From Phyllosticta citribraziliensis (lineage: Eukaryota): a DNA stretch of 64,000 nucleotides. The notes under the pieces were generated by a model. That model was not told the origin of the DNA. It saw only the letters and a program-made list of their open reading frames with translations, and did not search any database. Location of the stretch: the NCBI RefSeq assembly GCF_038025025.1, contig NW_027117347.1:1364001-1428000 (forward strand), given 5' to 3'. Position 1 is the stretch's first letter. Each line of letters begins with the position of its first letter. The translations under genes were made by a program, and so were the position numbers. Below, piece after piece: positions 25,797 to 39,006 of the stretch.

Positions 25797-27884
25797 CTTG
25801 TGTGTAGAAAGTGGAATGAAGGGTAGAAGATGTGGAAAGGAAAGTAGTGTTGTAGGTTGAGAGTTACAAAGGCATCTGCGAATGCATCTTGAGGGACGGC
25901 CAAGCACGGACACTGCAAACAATACGGAGGGCCGGGGTGCAAATGTGAAATGAAGTGAAAGCACAGATGTTGCCAAAAGATTCACAATGAGAAGACCGGC
26001 GGAGCTCGCCGTCAAGTGTTAATCCACGCCAGGTCTGATGCAAGCCCTGTGGCTTCGAGGCCGCGTCTTGAAAGTCTTGATGCCGATCGCGAGACCCATG
26101 ACATCAATGGAGGCGTGCAGTATAGAGAGATTCATGGGAAAGCCTTACCCTTTCTCCCGTATACTGCCTCCCCATTCTTCTCTTACCTCGATGGCAGAAT
26201 CCCGATACTCTTATCGTTTATAGCTGCTATACATGCGCCATCCTCACGTTGTCCTTTCTAAGCTGTGGTCGTAGCTGGCCGGTGCAAGAGCTCAAGTGAT
26301 GGTCTGAGAATCCGAAGGCGTATCAACGAAGTACTTGCGCTGCAGTGATGTCAGCCGCCGAAGGAGGACCAACATGAACTTCTCCGCTCAAGGAGCCCGA
26401 AAGATCTGAGATGATAGGTCGACGCATCCCCCGGAGAACTTTGAGTAGAGTGTCGCCTGAACTAGGCACCTTCATCCACAACTGCCATGCTTGACACGGA
26501 TTGGGAAACGCAAAGGAAAACGTGCGAAAAGCACTTGTCCAAACCGGAGCAATTGAAATCACGACTGGCAAAAGGAAACAGAAGAGAAAGGCGACTGGCG
26601 AAGAAGGGAAAGGAAAGATAGAAGATTGTACACGTTGTACATGTACAATGAAGTCCGCGAAGGAGACAATGCCTTTGCGCAGGCTGGATGCTTACATCGC
26701 ACCACACGGTCCCAACTCAACTACGACGGCGTGAGAGAGAAGAGATCCACGTACCTTCACAAGCCCACCTACCCACAAGCCGCGATGAGTCCATCCCACA
26801 CACCCCACGCCTCCCACCCCACGTCCAACTCAACGCCTGGTCACAAGCAACGCCCACGAAGCTCCGCAAGCGGCAAACCACGCTCCCACGCACCCTCCCC
26901 AGCCCAGCAATCCGACCACTTTGTCAGCTCGCTCGCAACTATGCCAAAAGCGGAAGGAGGAGAGACTCGGTCGGACACGGACGAGGGAGCACGCACGTGG
27001 AGCGCCACCGGTAAATAGCGGGTGGACGCTAGCTAGTCAGCTAGTCAGGCACCGTCAAAACGTCGGCGACCGAGCGAACGGCCGGCCGTTGCGCTGCGGC
27101 GGTGCGGGGGAGCGAGGGAGCGGATGGCGATACGTGCCGCGCTTCTCGTGTGTCGCGTCGCGTCGATTCGGCGTCGGAGTTGGAGTGGGAGCTGGCGTCG
27201 TGGCGCGCGTCGGCGGGTCGCAAAGCGAAGCTCTTTGCATGTGTTTGGCGGCTAGGTGAATAGCGAGATGCGGTGGACTAGTAGGTTGGAGATGCCGAGG
27301 CGGCTTTGATCGAGACGGCGCAGCTGTTTAATGCGGCGGTCAGCTTGGGGGGAACCACAGCTACGGGGTGTCAACGTCCAGCTCCAGATAACAAGTCCCT
27401 CCCCCACGACGCTAAATTCTGGACGGGAAAACGGTCAATTTTCACAAGCCAAACAGGGATCCAGCGGTCATTGGAGATGAATCCATTCATTTTTTCTTTC
27501 GTCTCGTCGTCGTACCAACATTTGTTGTAGTCTCCATCTCTAGCGTTACGTGGCGTAAAAGAAAACGAAAAGATTTCCCCGCAGCCCCATATCGTCTTTG
27601 AGTGTGAACGAACCAGTTGACGTCCGGAGAATTCGTGTTGAAATGAACCCCCCCAAACGCCGGCGCTCGTACATATGGCGACCATCTCTCTATTAGCCTG
27701 CAATGATCTGCAGCTCTTGCTTCATTGCAGCTCAAGAGTCTATGTTGAATACTTGAACAGTGTGCGTGCTCATTCGTGTGCAATCCTTTTTTGGGTATCC
27801 CTGACGCCAAAGAGTTTGTTGAAAGTAGGTCAAATCCCCGCTGAACGACGTTGAGTCAACAGTGGGTTTCTAGTGAAGGGCAAA

Positions 27885-29171
27885 TTAGAACTTGAGCTCC
27901 TTGGGCTGTTCCCAGGGGAAGCTCTGGTCGCTGAAGTGACCGTTCTGGGCAGTCCGGCGGTAGATGGGGTTCGTGAGGTTAAGCTCGCGAACAATGACAC
28001 CGGGCCTCATGTCGAAGTTGTTGCGAATGATCTCAACAAGCTCGTCGGAGGACCTGGTGGAAGTGCCGTAGGTCTCAACAAAGACCGAGAGGGGCTCGGC
28101 GACACCAATGGCGTAAGAAAGCTGGACCAGGGCACGGCGCGCGAGGCCGGCCTTGATCAGGGACTTGGCAATCCAGCGGGCAAGGTAAGCGGCCGAACGG
28201 TCGACCTTGGAGTAGTCCTTGCCGGAGAAGGCACCACCACCGTGAGCACCCCAGCCACCGTAGGTGTCGACGATGATCTTGCGGCCGGTCAAACCAGCGT
28301 CACCCTGAGGACCACCAATGATGAAGAGGCCAGAGGGTTGAATCTGCCGAACGTTAGACGGGGTTTTCGGCGTTATTGGTACGAGCAACTTACGTGGTAG
28401 ACGGTCTTGTCGTCAAGCAGGTTGGCGGGAATGACCTTCTGAATGATCTTCTCCTTGATCTCCTTGCGGAGCAGCTCAGTGGTGATGTCCTCGGAGTGCT
28501 GAGCGGAGACGACGACAGTGTCGACGCGCTTGGGTACGACAGCGCCGCCATCGTGAGCGTACTCGATGGTGACCTGGGTCTTGGTGTCGGGGCGCAACCA
28601 CGGAAGAGAGCCGTCGTTGCGGGCCTCCTTCATGGCGGCGTTGAGCTTGTGGGCAAGCTGGATGGTCATGGGGAGCAGTTCGGGAGTCTCGTCAGTGGCA
28701 TAGCCGAACATGATACCCTGGTCACCAGCACCGAGCTGCTCCAAGGCCTGGTCGTAGTGAAGACCCTGGGCAATGTCGGGCGACTGCTGCTCAATGGCAA
28801 CGAGGACGTTGCAGGTCTTGTAGTCGAAGCCCTTGGCCGAGTCATCGTAGCCAATGTCCTTGATGGCACCGCGGATGATCTTCTGGTAGTCGAGGCGGGC
28901 CTTGGTGGTGATTTCACCAAAGACCATGATCATACCAGTCTTGGTGGCAGTCTCGCAGGCGACCTTGGACAACGGGTCCTCAGCCAAGCAGGCGTCGAGA
29001 ACGGCATCCGAAACCTGGTCCCTAACGAGTATTCAGCCATGGGTCTGCAGAGGGTCGCGGTCGCGGTCCGGAACGTGGGGGAACGTACGCAATCTTGTCG
29101 GGGTGACCCTCACCGACGGACTCGGAGGTGAAGAGGAAGGTGCCCTTGGGGCTGGTTCCGTTGACGGCCAT
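27885..29171 (-). CDS. SAM2: S-adenosylmethionine synthetase (~389 aa)
   Basis: Exons 29171-29089, 29021-28394 and 28343-27885. [28 protein letters not shown] signatures. Confidence 0.98.
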
Positions 29172-29502
29172 TGCTGGAGTGGAAGAGGAGGGATTGAGGG
29201 GAAAGGTGAGGATGTCGGGAAGAATGAGGACAGAAGTGGAGAGAGAGCGGGAGGGAAAAAGAGGAACGGACGCGGGAGGCAGAATTGGAGGCGGAGGGGA
29301 ACAATGCTAAGAAAAAGCGTCGCCTGGGACTAGCCGAACTGCGATGCCGCCGGCGCGGAGCACCTCATCGCTCACCGCCTGCCTAATCCAACCGAAACCT
29401 TCGGCCATCGGCCATCGGTGACTTTTTGGCGTCAGGTCTTCCTTCACCCAACGGTCCCGTCAGCTCAGCAATCCGACACGCCTCGCCTCGCCTCGCCTCA
29501 CC

Positions 29503-30390
29503 ATGAGCAAGTTCGGCACCCTGATCATGGGCCCTGCCGGCGCCGGCAAGTCGACCTTTTGCTCCGCCCTCATCCAGCACCTGCGCACCCTCAAGCGCTC
29601 CTGCTTCTATGTCAACCTCGATCCCGCCGCCGAAGAGTTTGCCTACGAACCTGACGTCGACATTCGAGACCTCATCACCCTCGAGGATGTCATGGAGGAA
29701 ATGGGCCTGGGCCCCAACGGCGGCCTCATCTACTGCTTCGAATTCCTGCTCGAGAACCTCGACTTCTTGACCGAGCCGCTCGACGATGTGACGGAAGAAT
29801 ACCTCATCATCATTGACATGCCCGGCCAGATAGAGCTGTACACGCACGTCCCCATCTTGCCGACCCTCGTCAAGCACCTCACCCGCGGATCGCTGAACAT
29901 CAGCCTGTGCGCAGCCTACCTGCTCGAAGCGACCTTCGTCGTCGATCACGCCAAGTTCTTTGCTGGGACTCTGTCGGCCATGAGCGCCATGCTCATGCTG
30001 GAAGTGCCGCACATCAATATTTTGAGCAAAATGGACCTCGTCAAGGGTACCATTGCAAAGCGCGAATTGAAGCGATATATGAATCCAGACGCCGACTTGT
30101 TGGAAGATGATGAGTCTTCGCGCAGGATGGAATTCGAGCCGTTGTCAGAGTCGACCGACCCCGCGGCGACGAAGAATGTCCTTGCGGGCACGTCATTCAA
30201 CAGGTTGAACAAGGCCGTCGCACAGCTCATCGATGATTTCAGCATGGTCTCATTCCTGCAGCTCAACGCCCAAGAAGAGGACAGTGTCAATGGCATTCTG
30301 AGCTACATCGATGATGCGATACAATTCCACGAGGCGCAAGAGCCCAAAGAGCCCGAAGACGAACTCGACGAGACCATGGCAGGCGAATAA
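29503..30390 (+). CDS. GPN3: GPN-loop GTPase 3
   Basis: Single exon; GPAGAGKST P-loop, NLDPA, GLGPNGG, DMPGQIELYTH; N-terminus of the Gpn3 type. Confidence 0.93.
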   Translation: MSKFGTLIMGPAGAGKSTFCSALIQHLRTLKRSCFYVNLDPAAEEFAYEPDVDIRDLITLEDVMEEMGLGPNGGLIYCFEFLLENLDFLTEPLDDVTEEYLIIIDMPGQIELYTHVPILPTLVKHLTRGSLNISLCAAYLLEATFVVDHAKFFAGTLSAMSAMLMLEVPHINILSKMDLVKGTIAKRELKRYMNPDADLLEDDESSRRMEFEPLSESTDPAATKNVLAGTSFNRLNKAVAQLIDDFSMVSFLQLNAQEEDSVNGILSYIDDAIQFHEAQEPKEPEDELDETMAGE

Positions 30391-31612
30391 ATTTCAGAAT
30401 CTGGGTTTAATTTGGCATTGGGCGGAGTCTAGAGGTCTGGACGACAAAGATTTGCATCGCAACGGCGTTATTGGGAAACTTGATACCAAGGACAGGCAGT
30501 TTGCGGAGGACGAGCTTGTAAGAGCTCCATGAAGACTGGCGCACACGTTCCGCAAGACATCGAATTGTGCGGTTTGCAGAAGAAAAGCCCCATGCAAACA
30601 AGCCGTCAAAAGTGTCAACTGCATCGCTGGCACGTACGTAGCACATGGACAGCTCAGCGAATCTAACGACTCGACTGGGAACTCTCGGCCTTCTCGCGAC
30701 AGTGAGACATGACGCAAGTTAGAGGCCGGATGAGATGAAACCTGCCCGAAAGCTAAACGCCGAGTGGGGGAAATCCTCGACGAATCGGATTTGCCTCCAT
30801 TGCACGCTCCTACATGTGCGAGCCGATACGACGGCCGGGTCACTTGTGCCTGGGACCCTAGCGCCACACCGTCTGCTCCTCAACCCTAACGCTCTCACCA
30901 AAGACGGCATCACTGCAACATCACCAAGTGCCGTATCCCAACATCAAGTTCCATGTGTTAAGCCACTCTTAATGGCAAGCAACTTGGTCTCGTCCTCATC
31001 AAAAACCAGATTTTACCCCGGCAACGTCTCGACGGACAAATACGGAAATGCCCGACTTCAGCCTCGTAGGTCACGAAGTCCCCGTATGCGCAATCTCCTT
31101 CTTTGCTAGAAATGAAGAGAACAAGTACTCCGCTGGAAGATTTAATCAAGAGCTCTTGTCACGATGCTGCAAAAATAGCCGTTGTCCTTGGCAAGCACGG
31201 CAACTTGTTGGGCTGCAAGGCTAGGGCCATCATGTCCTAAAGACACAAGGCTTCACTTGTGGTTGATTCATTCGTGTGTTGTCAATGCCAAAGACGATTG
31301 AGTTGCCCGTGTCAGCATCCACCGCTACCCAGCTCATGTTGCCATTGGACACATACAACTAGGCTCAACTAGGAAGGACGTTTGACCTCCATTGCATTCG
31401 TTTCCTTGCTCTCCAAGAAGCCGGTGCCCGCTTGTCGAGACGTTGCATACATACCGCCATGGCGCAAGATTGGGACTCCACGCAGTTTCTGGGCGGTGCC
31501 CATTGAGCATTTGTCTATATGTGCACACGCCCCACATGCAGACGCTCGATTCTCGAATGTGCTGCTCGTAAAGAGAAGCAGAACTTTGACCGCCTCATAA
31601 AAATCCGGTATA

Positions 31613-33125
31613 ATGTTCTGGCATTGTCTCGTCATAGCTAGTCTGTCCGCGGCGCTGTTTGCTTCCGATGCTCCTGCATGTAAGCATATTCACGGTCCTC
31701 ATTAAGCAATACTGACTCGTTCTCAGACGACTATAGCCAGGACCAAAGCGCCTGTGCGGGTATGCCTGAACCAACTCATCTGCGCAAGGCAAGACCGGAA
31801 CGCGGCTAACAGTGGGAACCGTCGGAATTGACGCAGTTTCGGCGCCTGGCTCAGACCGAATAGTGGTTACTCAGCCCGAGAATCCCCTGGCAGGGTACAG
31901 CTTCTACGGCAACTCGGACTACTCGAGCAAAGTTCTCCAGAAAGCCGTGCCGCAATTCCAACGCGAAGGCAAGGAAGGCTTGGCTCGACAAGCAGCCCGA
32001 GTCGCGTCTGTCCCGACGTTTATGTGGATGTACGATTCGAGAGCGTAGCAGTGACGTTCCGATAGGCTTATACGGGCGCGCAGGTCCTCCCGAGATCAGA
32101 TCCAGAAGCTTAGGCCGTTTGCAGAAGAAGCTCAACACCAGGTGCGCAGTGGCGCAAAGCTTCTGCTACCGCTTGTCATCTACAATTTGCCGGACCGCGA
32201 TTGCGGCGCCAAGGCATCGTCGGGCGAGCTGAGTATTGCGGACAATGGGGTCGATTTATACAAGTCGAGCTTCATTGATCCTATTGCGGCGACAATCAAG
32301 CAGTTTCCAGACGTCAAATTTGTGCTAGTCATTGGCATGTCAGCCCTCTGAGACTTTACTTGAACTTTTGCTAATAGCGTTGCAGAGCCAGATAGTCTAG
32401 GTAACCTCGTCTCCAACATCAACAAGACCAAATGCAGGAATGCATTGGAGGGGCACAAGGAGTCCGTATCATACGCTCTCCGGACGTTTGACCTCCCTAA
32501 CGTCCACATGTATGTCGACGGCGGCAACTCGGGCTGGTGGGGAAACCCAACGAATATGGGTCCTGCCGCAAAGCTGGTTGGAGAAGTATGGAGGCGCGCA
32601 GGCAGACCTCGCGCATTTAGGGGTCTGGCTACCAACACGGCAAACTACAATGCGTGGAGTGTGTCCCAATGCGCAAACTACACTCAAGGAAGCCGAAACT
32701 GCGACGAGAAGCGCTATATCAACGCCATTGCTCCGCTTCTTCAGCGAGAAGGCACGCCGGCGCACTTCATCACCGACATGGGTAAGACTTGGTCGTCGTT
32801 CTCAGCGGCCGTCAAATGCTAAGGGTCCACAGGCCGCAGCGGCGTGCAACCCACAGGGCAGTGGGCGTGGGGTGACTGGTGCAACGCCCTGAACACGGGC
32901 TTCGGGCTGCGTCCCAGCACCCAAACTGACGATCCGCTGCTTGACGCATGGGTGTGGATCAAGCCCGGCGGCGAGTCTGATGGCACTTCATCCGTAATGG
33001 CGCAGCGCTTTGATCCAAAGTGCGGACAGGCCGACGCGAAGCAGCCGGCTCCCGAAGCGGGGCAGTGGTTCCAGGAGTACTTTGAACAGCTGCTGAGAAA
33101 CGCGAATCCGCCGTTTGAGGAGTAG
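31613..33125 (+). CDS. Secreted glycoside hydrolase family 6 (cellobiohydrolase II/endoglucanase-like), no CBM1 (~418 aa)
   Basis: Exons 31613-31679, 31727-31759, 31813-32029, 32084-32334, 32386-32781 and 32833-33125. YNLPDRDC, IEPDSL, WGDWCN, WIKPGGESDG, APEAGQWF; hydrophobic N-terminus. Confidence 0.92.
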
Positions 33126-35355
33126 CGTACTCTAAACTTGTAGCGCATCGTCTGTTACGTCAAGCAAAACAGTCTGCTGCATCGATAGCCGGGTCTTTGT
33201 TTGCTGTTGAGTAAACTGTTGCGAATGCCTGCTTTCACGAGGTGGAGGTCGAAATTGAGATCGCACAGGCACTTCAGCTTGTCCATGCACGACTTTCGAA
33301 TAAGCTTAGCGCTCAGCCTTCAATGCTCCCAAGTCTTGATCGTGTCAAGCAATTGCTCTTCTGAGCATGTCGCCTTTCCTCAAGCAGTGCAAGAAAGCAA
33401 TCACAATTTCCACATCAGTGAGCAGCCTGTGGTGCGCGAGTCGGACAAGCTCATGGCAGACTAGGGAAGATGTTGAGCAGCATTTCCGGACGAGAAACTG
33501 AGCTCAGCTCCGCCAGTAGCTCCCGCCGAAGCAAGCAGCAAACGCCACGGCTCCGGCAACTCAAGTTTCCGCCGGCGAGACGAGACGGATTCCGATTGAT
33601 GCTCGGAAGCTTAGCGAGTAGATTAGTCGCAGATCAGCCCAACGAGCAAGGGTCGGCTTGAGTTCAGTTGCCGCGATGGTCCCTCGAAGGACTGCGCATC
33701 ATTCGGGAGATTCACTGCCCATGACGTCGGGGATGCCTGTTCGAGACCGGCTTTCGAGATGGTAGGGGCTGCTGTTCCCTGCGACCATCAATCGAGACGA
33801 GCCCGTACCCCAGACGGAGGCTCTCTCCCCTGAGGCGGCTCTGGTGGCAGGGATGTCGAAAGGGGTCTTTTGGTTTGTTTGCTTGGCGGCACGTCTGTCC
33901 CAGTGGACAGGTCACTGCTACAGCATGCCACCTACTTGCTACCGCTCCCCACAGTTGTCCCTGACAAGTAAGCCCCTCATCCGGCTGCTCGGGCGCCCGC
34001 GCCGCAGGGACGGACGCGGGCGATGCGCGCCTTGCTTCACGCACAGCAACAACTGTGCAGAACGCACTCTGAACCTCTGACATCAGGCCCAGATGCCAAA
34101 AGCCGCATGCCCGCCCGCCAAAGCAATAATTTACTATTCCTGTCCCATTCTGCCGTTCCGTCTTGCGCAATATTATTATTCTTTCACAGCCTGAAGAAGT
34201 CTCGTCGTTTATTTCATCTGTGTCTCTATTTTGTTTTCGTGGCCCCCGGCCGCTGGTGCTGCTCCGCCACGTGTGGCTCGCCCACGAATCCGATGCTGCT
34301 CCAATATAGCCGCAACGAGGCTAGTCTGGGGGTGCGTTCGTCCCTGGCGGGGGGACGGGGAAAGGGCAGATCAGCCTCGACGTCTTGTTTCTGCTGCTGC
34401 TACCTCGCATCGTCCTTCTTGTTTCGCGACCCCGGGCAGTCGAGCTATACCTCGCTGGGGATGCAGCGCCCAGGTACCCGCCGCCAGACGACAAACAGGG
34501 ACCAGACTTGGCTACAGCGGTGCTCACCGTGGGCACATCTTGCACTGTACAGTACACACTGCACCGCAGCTGGCGGCGGATCTGGCGCACGCAAGTCTTG
34601 CCCAAACGCGCCATCATCCCTCCACGTCACTCGCCGATGATTGGCCCGCCGTGGTGGTATGCCAGACCATGCATCAGACAGACCCTTTCTCTCCCATGGG
34701 GCCCCTCCCTGTGTACTCTACCTGTACACTACACGACAAGTGGCTTTGAGAAATTTGTCGAGCACAAATTCCCATGTACTTAGCTCGCCCGTATAGTCGA
34801 TCTCCATTCCGATCGTATACCCGCCGTCCGTTGGCTGTGCACACGTTATTGCATCGAACGAACACCCGACAACCCAGCTAGCGCCCCCGCAGCTCGCTCC
34901 AGTATGCACTGTACAGGAAAAGACTGGACAGTACAGGACAGAGCAGAGCAGTAGGCTCAGGACCCCTACCGCATGTCCCCGAGGTAGATAGAGTAATCAC
35001 TCGACTCGTGTCCTCGTCGAACATGGGTTCCAGCATGAGTCTGATACTTTTTTTGGTGCGCGTATGCTCGCGGTGCCTTGACTAAGGCGCCTGGTTTGTC
35101 TGGGCCCCGGCATGCGTGTTTGCGATCGCGTAGGGGATGCGCTTCTTTTGGGGGATGGCGGTGTTTGGACGGTTCATGGGCTGTAGCAGCATCTACAGTG
35201 AAGGCCGTTGATGGCAGGTATATATAGCGGCTTGCTCAACGTGTTCGTTACGGGGCAGAACGCTTCGCCCTCTTGTTCCTCTCCTCCACTTGCTTCTTGA
35301 ACTAGCAACATACAATCGTTGAGACTGTCGCTCTCTTCATAGACATTCGTTCAAA

Positions 35356-36441
35356 ATGTATAACAAGGCTCTCATCTTTGCCCTCGTTGGCAACACGCTT
35401 GGTAAGTTGACATTCGGGTCGAGAAAGATGGGTTCTAATGTTGCAATAGGTAATGTCCTCTGGGACGGTAGTTTTAACGACTGCCAGTCTGCCAAGGATC
35501 TAGAGAAATGTGCGGCTCCCTGATGGATTATTTCTTCGCTGTCATGTCCTCAAAGTCTTTGCGTTGAGCTGGCGGCGCGTCTCTTGTGGACCGCATGACC
35601 CCTTATCCTTTGGCTTTGTCTCTCCTGTTGTTTGCCGCCTGCGGAACACCCCTAACACCACACAGGCGACCAGAACTGCGGCACCAGCCAGTCCGGCAGC
35701 TCAGGCACGGTGTCCGCGTCGGCACAAGTCAACATCAAAGTCGACGTGTCGTACAAATGGTACATCAAAGGGTCCGAATCCACCGACAAGTACGTCGAGC
35801 TGTCGGACAAGTACAAGAACCAGGCCGACACGGAGTGCAAGCAAGGCGCCAAGCTCACGGTGGACTCGACGTCCAAGTACGAGAACAAGGAGTCGCTGCG
35901 GACCGAGCTGGTGGCGCAGCAGAAGCCGCAGGAGAAGAAGCCCGCCATCAACAAGGGCAAGGTGGCGCACCACTTCAGCTTCAAGCACGGCAAGGAGAAC
36001 ACGCCGGACACGACGCTGGAGCACCAGCTGTGCTACTTCGACAGCGGCCTCACCGAGATGAAGTACGGCTGCGCGTCGAAGGAGAAGTCAGACTGCGGCT
36101 CCGGCAACAAGATGAAGTGGCACGTCGAGGGCGAGAGCAAGTGGGAGGAGGAGCTCAAGGAGGAGGAGTGGCACAACTGCGTCTACGAGATCGACTACGA
36201 CAAGAAGGAGGTTAGCCTGTGGCACTCCAAGGAGGGCGAGGAGATGAAGAAGGTTAGCGGCCCCCACAAGTGCAACAAGTGCGAGAGCAACGGCAAGGAC
36301 TGGCATGTCGGTGTCAATGTCCAGCCGCGCGAGGGCAAGACTCTCGCTCAGGGCAAGAAGGAGGAGTGGTATGTCTCCGGCTGCTACGTCGAGGAGGGCG
36401 GCGACTTTACCAAGAAGCCCGTCAGCAACCTCAAGCAGTGA
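35356..36441 (+). CDS. Secreted glycoside hydrolase family 131-like protein, Lys/Glu/Cys-rich (~293 aa)
   Basis: Exons 35356-35401, 35450-35509 and 35666-36441. VLWDGSFND, KNQAD..KQGAK, RTEL, INKGKV..HFS, EHQ, WHN..YEID, SNG.DWH; TATA-like element at ~35219. Confidence 0.85.
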
Positions 36442-37019
36442 GGTGGTGCGCGCTCTGCGCCGCCTTGTCGCGAGGCACGTTGCTTCGGTGGCGTTTTGAT
36501 TCGTTGGACGACTGGTAGGGTTCTGTTTCTTCGCCCAGGTTGTCGACGCCGGATCGATGTCTGAAAATCGAGGGGTTAATAAGCCTCTCTTCGTTTTGAA
36601 CTGTCATATCACAAATCAATTTGTAACATAATCATCTCATACAACTGTTGCTACAATATTGCGCAGAGGCTGTCCTCGTTCGTCTAGACATGTTGGAATA
36701 TGTGGTCCAAGTTTTGGTCATGTCCTAGCCTCGATGAAAGGAAACGAAAAACTTTCGGGAAATCATTCCGTGCCGTGCCTGCCAGCCTGCTCCCTGGGCT
36801 TGTCTTTCCGTAGCAATGACGCACGACGCCTACCGGTTCCAGTCTGGCTAGAGAACGCCGTTGCCACTGCGAGCTGCCCAAAAGTGTTGCATATACAATC
36901 GTGAAGATTAAGAATAAAGATTCGTAGTAGGCCGTCCAAATAGCAGAAGAGGTATCACAAGACGAGATGAGGAAAATTCCGCCCCACTCCGATCAACTCC
37001 GTATCAAATGCTTCTCTGT

Positions 37020-39006
37020 TCACCTCACCCCAAACTCTGGCTTCCTCGCCATGTTCACAACCGGCGGCGGGCCATCTGTATCGGGGTATGGCAAGGGAAC
37101 GCCGACTGGCCTGGTTGGAGGCCTTGCCGAAGGTGGGCTCATTGGCCTAGAACTGGCGTCAGGATACGGCAGAGGCGTTTTCGGTGGAAGTGGTGGAGGT
37201 GAAGAAGCCGGTCTTGCGTCATCGGTGCTACGCCGTGGTGAAGGGATGAAGGAGCCAGTAGAGCTGCGATACGGCACGTAGGTATGGTCAGTGGATGTGC
37301 GGGGGCGGTCGGTACTGAGAGGTGCGGGATAATCATCAATCGACTCGGCGATGATTTTGTCGTTATCATCAAAAGCGACAGACGGGCGGTGTGTCGACGA
37401 ATGTGGCGAGATTGGGGAAAGATATTCGTGATTTTGGGGAGGCGTGGACTGCCTGTGACCATTGGTAGTAGGCATAACGACGTCCTCAGCGGGGAGCTCG
37501 ACAGCGATGGGGTTGGAGGGCGGAGTGTACGTGTCGTTGGTCGACGGGAACGGATTCCATCGTGCCAGATCCTCGTCAAGACGGCCGCCGTTTTGCTGCG
37601 CACGCTCCCAGCGCAACTTGGCACGATGGATCCTTCCGAGTTTCGCGGAGGCGTCCATGTTGATACCCTTGATGTCTTCCCTGCCAAGATAGCGGCGCGT
37701 GTTGGTGCTGATCTCCGCCAGGCGGCTCCACTCGTTCATGCCAAACTCTCCCACGCCGACCTCGACATTTAACCGGTAGTAGTTTTCCGAGTTGGCCCCT
37801 CTCTTGGCCAAATGGTCCTTGAGCATGTACTGATGTGTGTCCTCACAACCCTCAATCTTGGCAATGAGACGTCTTCTGGCTTCCGCAAAGTCTCCCACGC
37901 CACTGCTGACGAAGCCTTCCCACCACAAATGCTGTTGTGCGCCGGTTCCAGGCGGCCGCTTGCCTGTGCCGATGCTGATGAACACTCCAACTTCTCTCCC
38001 TGGCCATTCGTTACACACGGCCTCGTCGAGTATGATTGGAGAGGGATTGTATTTTCCGGTGCCTTCGTCGATAAAGACAGACTGCCCAATCTGGATGGGC
38101 TTGAACGCAAGGCCGGTTGCGGATGTTGCGCGCCCGGCCTGCCAAATGGTACATTCGAATTCGGGCGCGGGTTCAGCGCGTGAGTCATAGGAGCGAAGGA
38201 GAACTGGAGCACCGCCTCTGGGCGTCCCTTTAAACATGGCAGTCACGGCACTACGAGGTGGTTAGCGACGCGCCTCTACAGTTGCAATAGAGTGCTTACG
38301 TTTTTGTGCGATTCTCCCTGTTGTCATACAGCAGCGCATTGGGGTTTCCCCAGCGAATGGACGCATAGTGGCCGCGCATGTTGATGGGAGTCATTCCAAT
38401 CTGACTGTAGCGACTGGCAGTGCTCATGCTACGAGCGGGCTTTCCGTGAACACTTCCGACGGATGATTTTGGTGTATGCGGGGTGGCGAGGTCAAGCGAT
38501 GATGCGCCGGGCACGTCATTGCCCTCTTCTTCGTTCAGGGTGTGTTCGCGCACACATTCGCGAATGGCTTCCTCGAGCTTCGAGGCTTTGAAGAGCGTCG
38601 ACCTGTACGGTATGCCTGCAATGGTCTTGTCCGTCTCAAAGACTCTCTTGGTCATGCGCACGTAGACATCCTTGCATGTCTCGAGGTCCAACCTCAGGCG
38701 CCCCAGCATAATGGCAATCAGGCCGCCGGTGCCGGTGCCAGCAATGAGATCAAAGTGGTCGCAGGGCTTTGGGATTTCATGGCGTTTCGGAGCGCGGCCG
38801 TAGATCTCGACGTAGGTTCTGTGCATGAGCTCTTGGAGCAGGATCAACATGGAATAACCTCTGACACCACCGCCATCTACAGGTTGTTAGCACTGGGGGC
38901 GCGCAGCGAAAGCAGGGTCTGGCGCACCGAGAGAAAGGATGCGCAGCGGCGGGCCCTTGGTCGTATCCTTCCGGCGCAGGCCGGTGGACACTGTGACGTC
39001 TGGCAT
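37020..39006 (-). CDS. Patatin-like phospholipase domain protein lacking the catalytic serine (~628 aa)
   Basis: Exons 39006-38928, 38876-38300 and 38250-37020. ILSLDGGGVRG, FDLIAGTGTGG, RATSA, FIDEG, SIGTG; Pro-rich tail. Confidence 0.92.

Noticed and set aside
16400..25800. BTB genes as cargo of a Starship or of the MULE
   Set aside because: No tyrosine-recombinase captain, terminal repeats or TSD enclosing the cluster could be seen.
26900..27300. GC-rich segment checked for tRNA/ncRNA
   Set aside because: No cloverleaf or A/B boxes recognised.
27873..29333. Long plus-strand ORFs opposite SAM synthetase
   Set aside because: Antisense shadows produced by the strong codon bias of a conserved gene.
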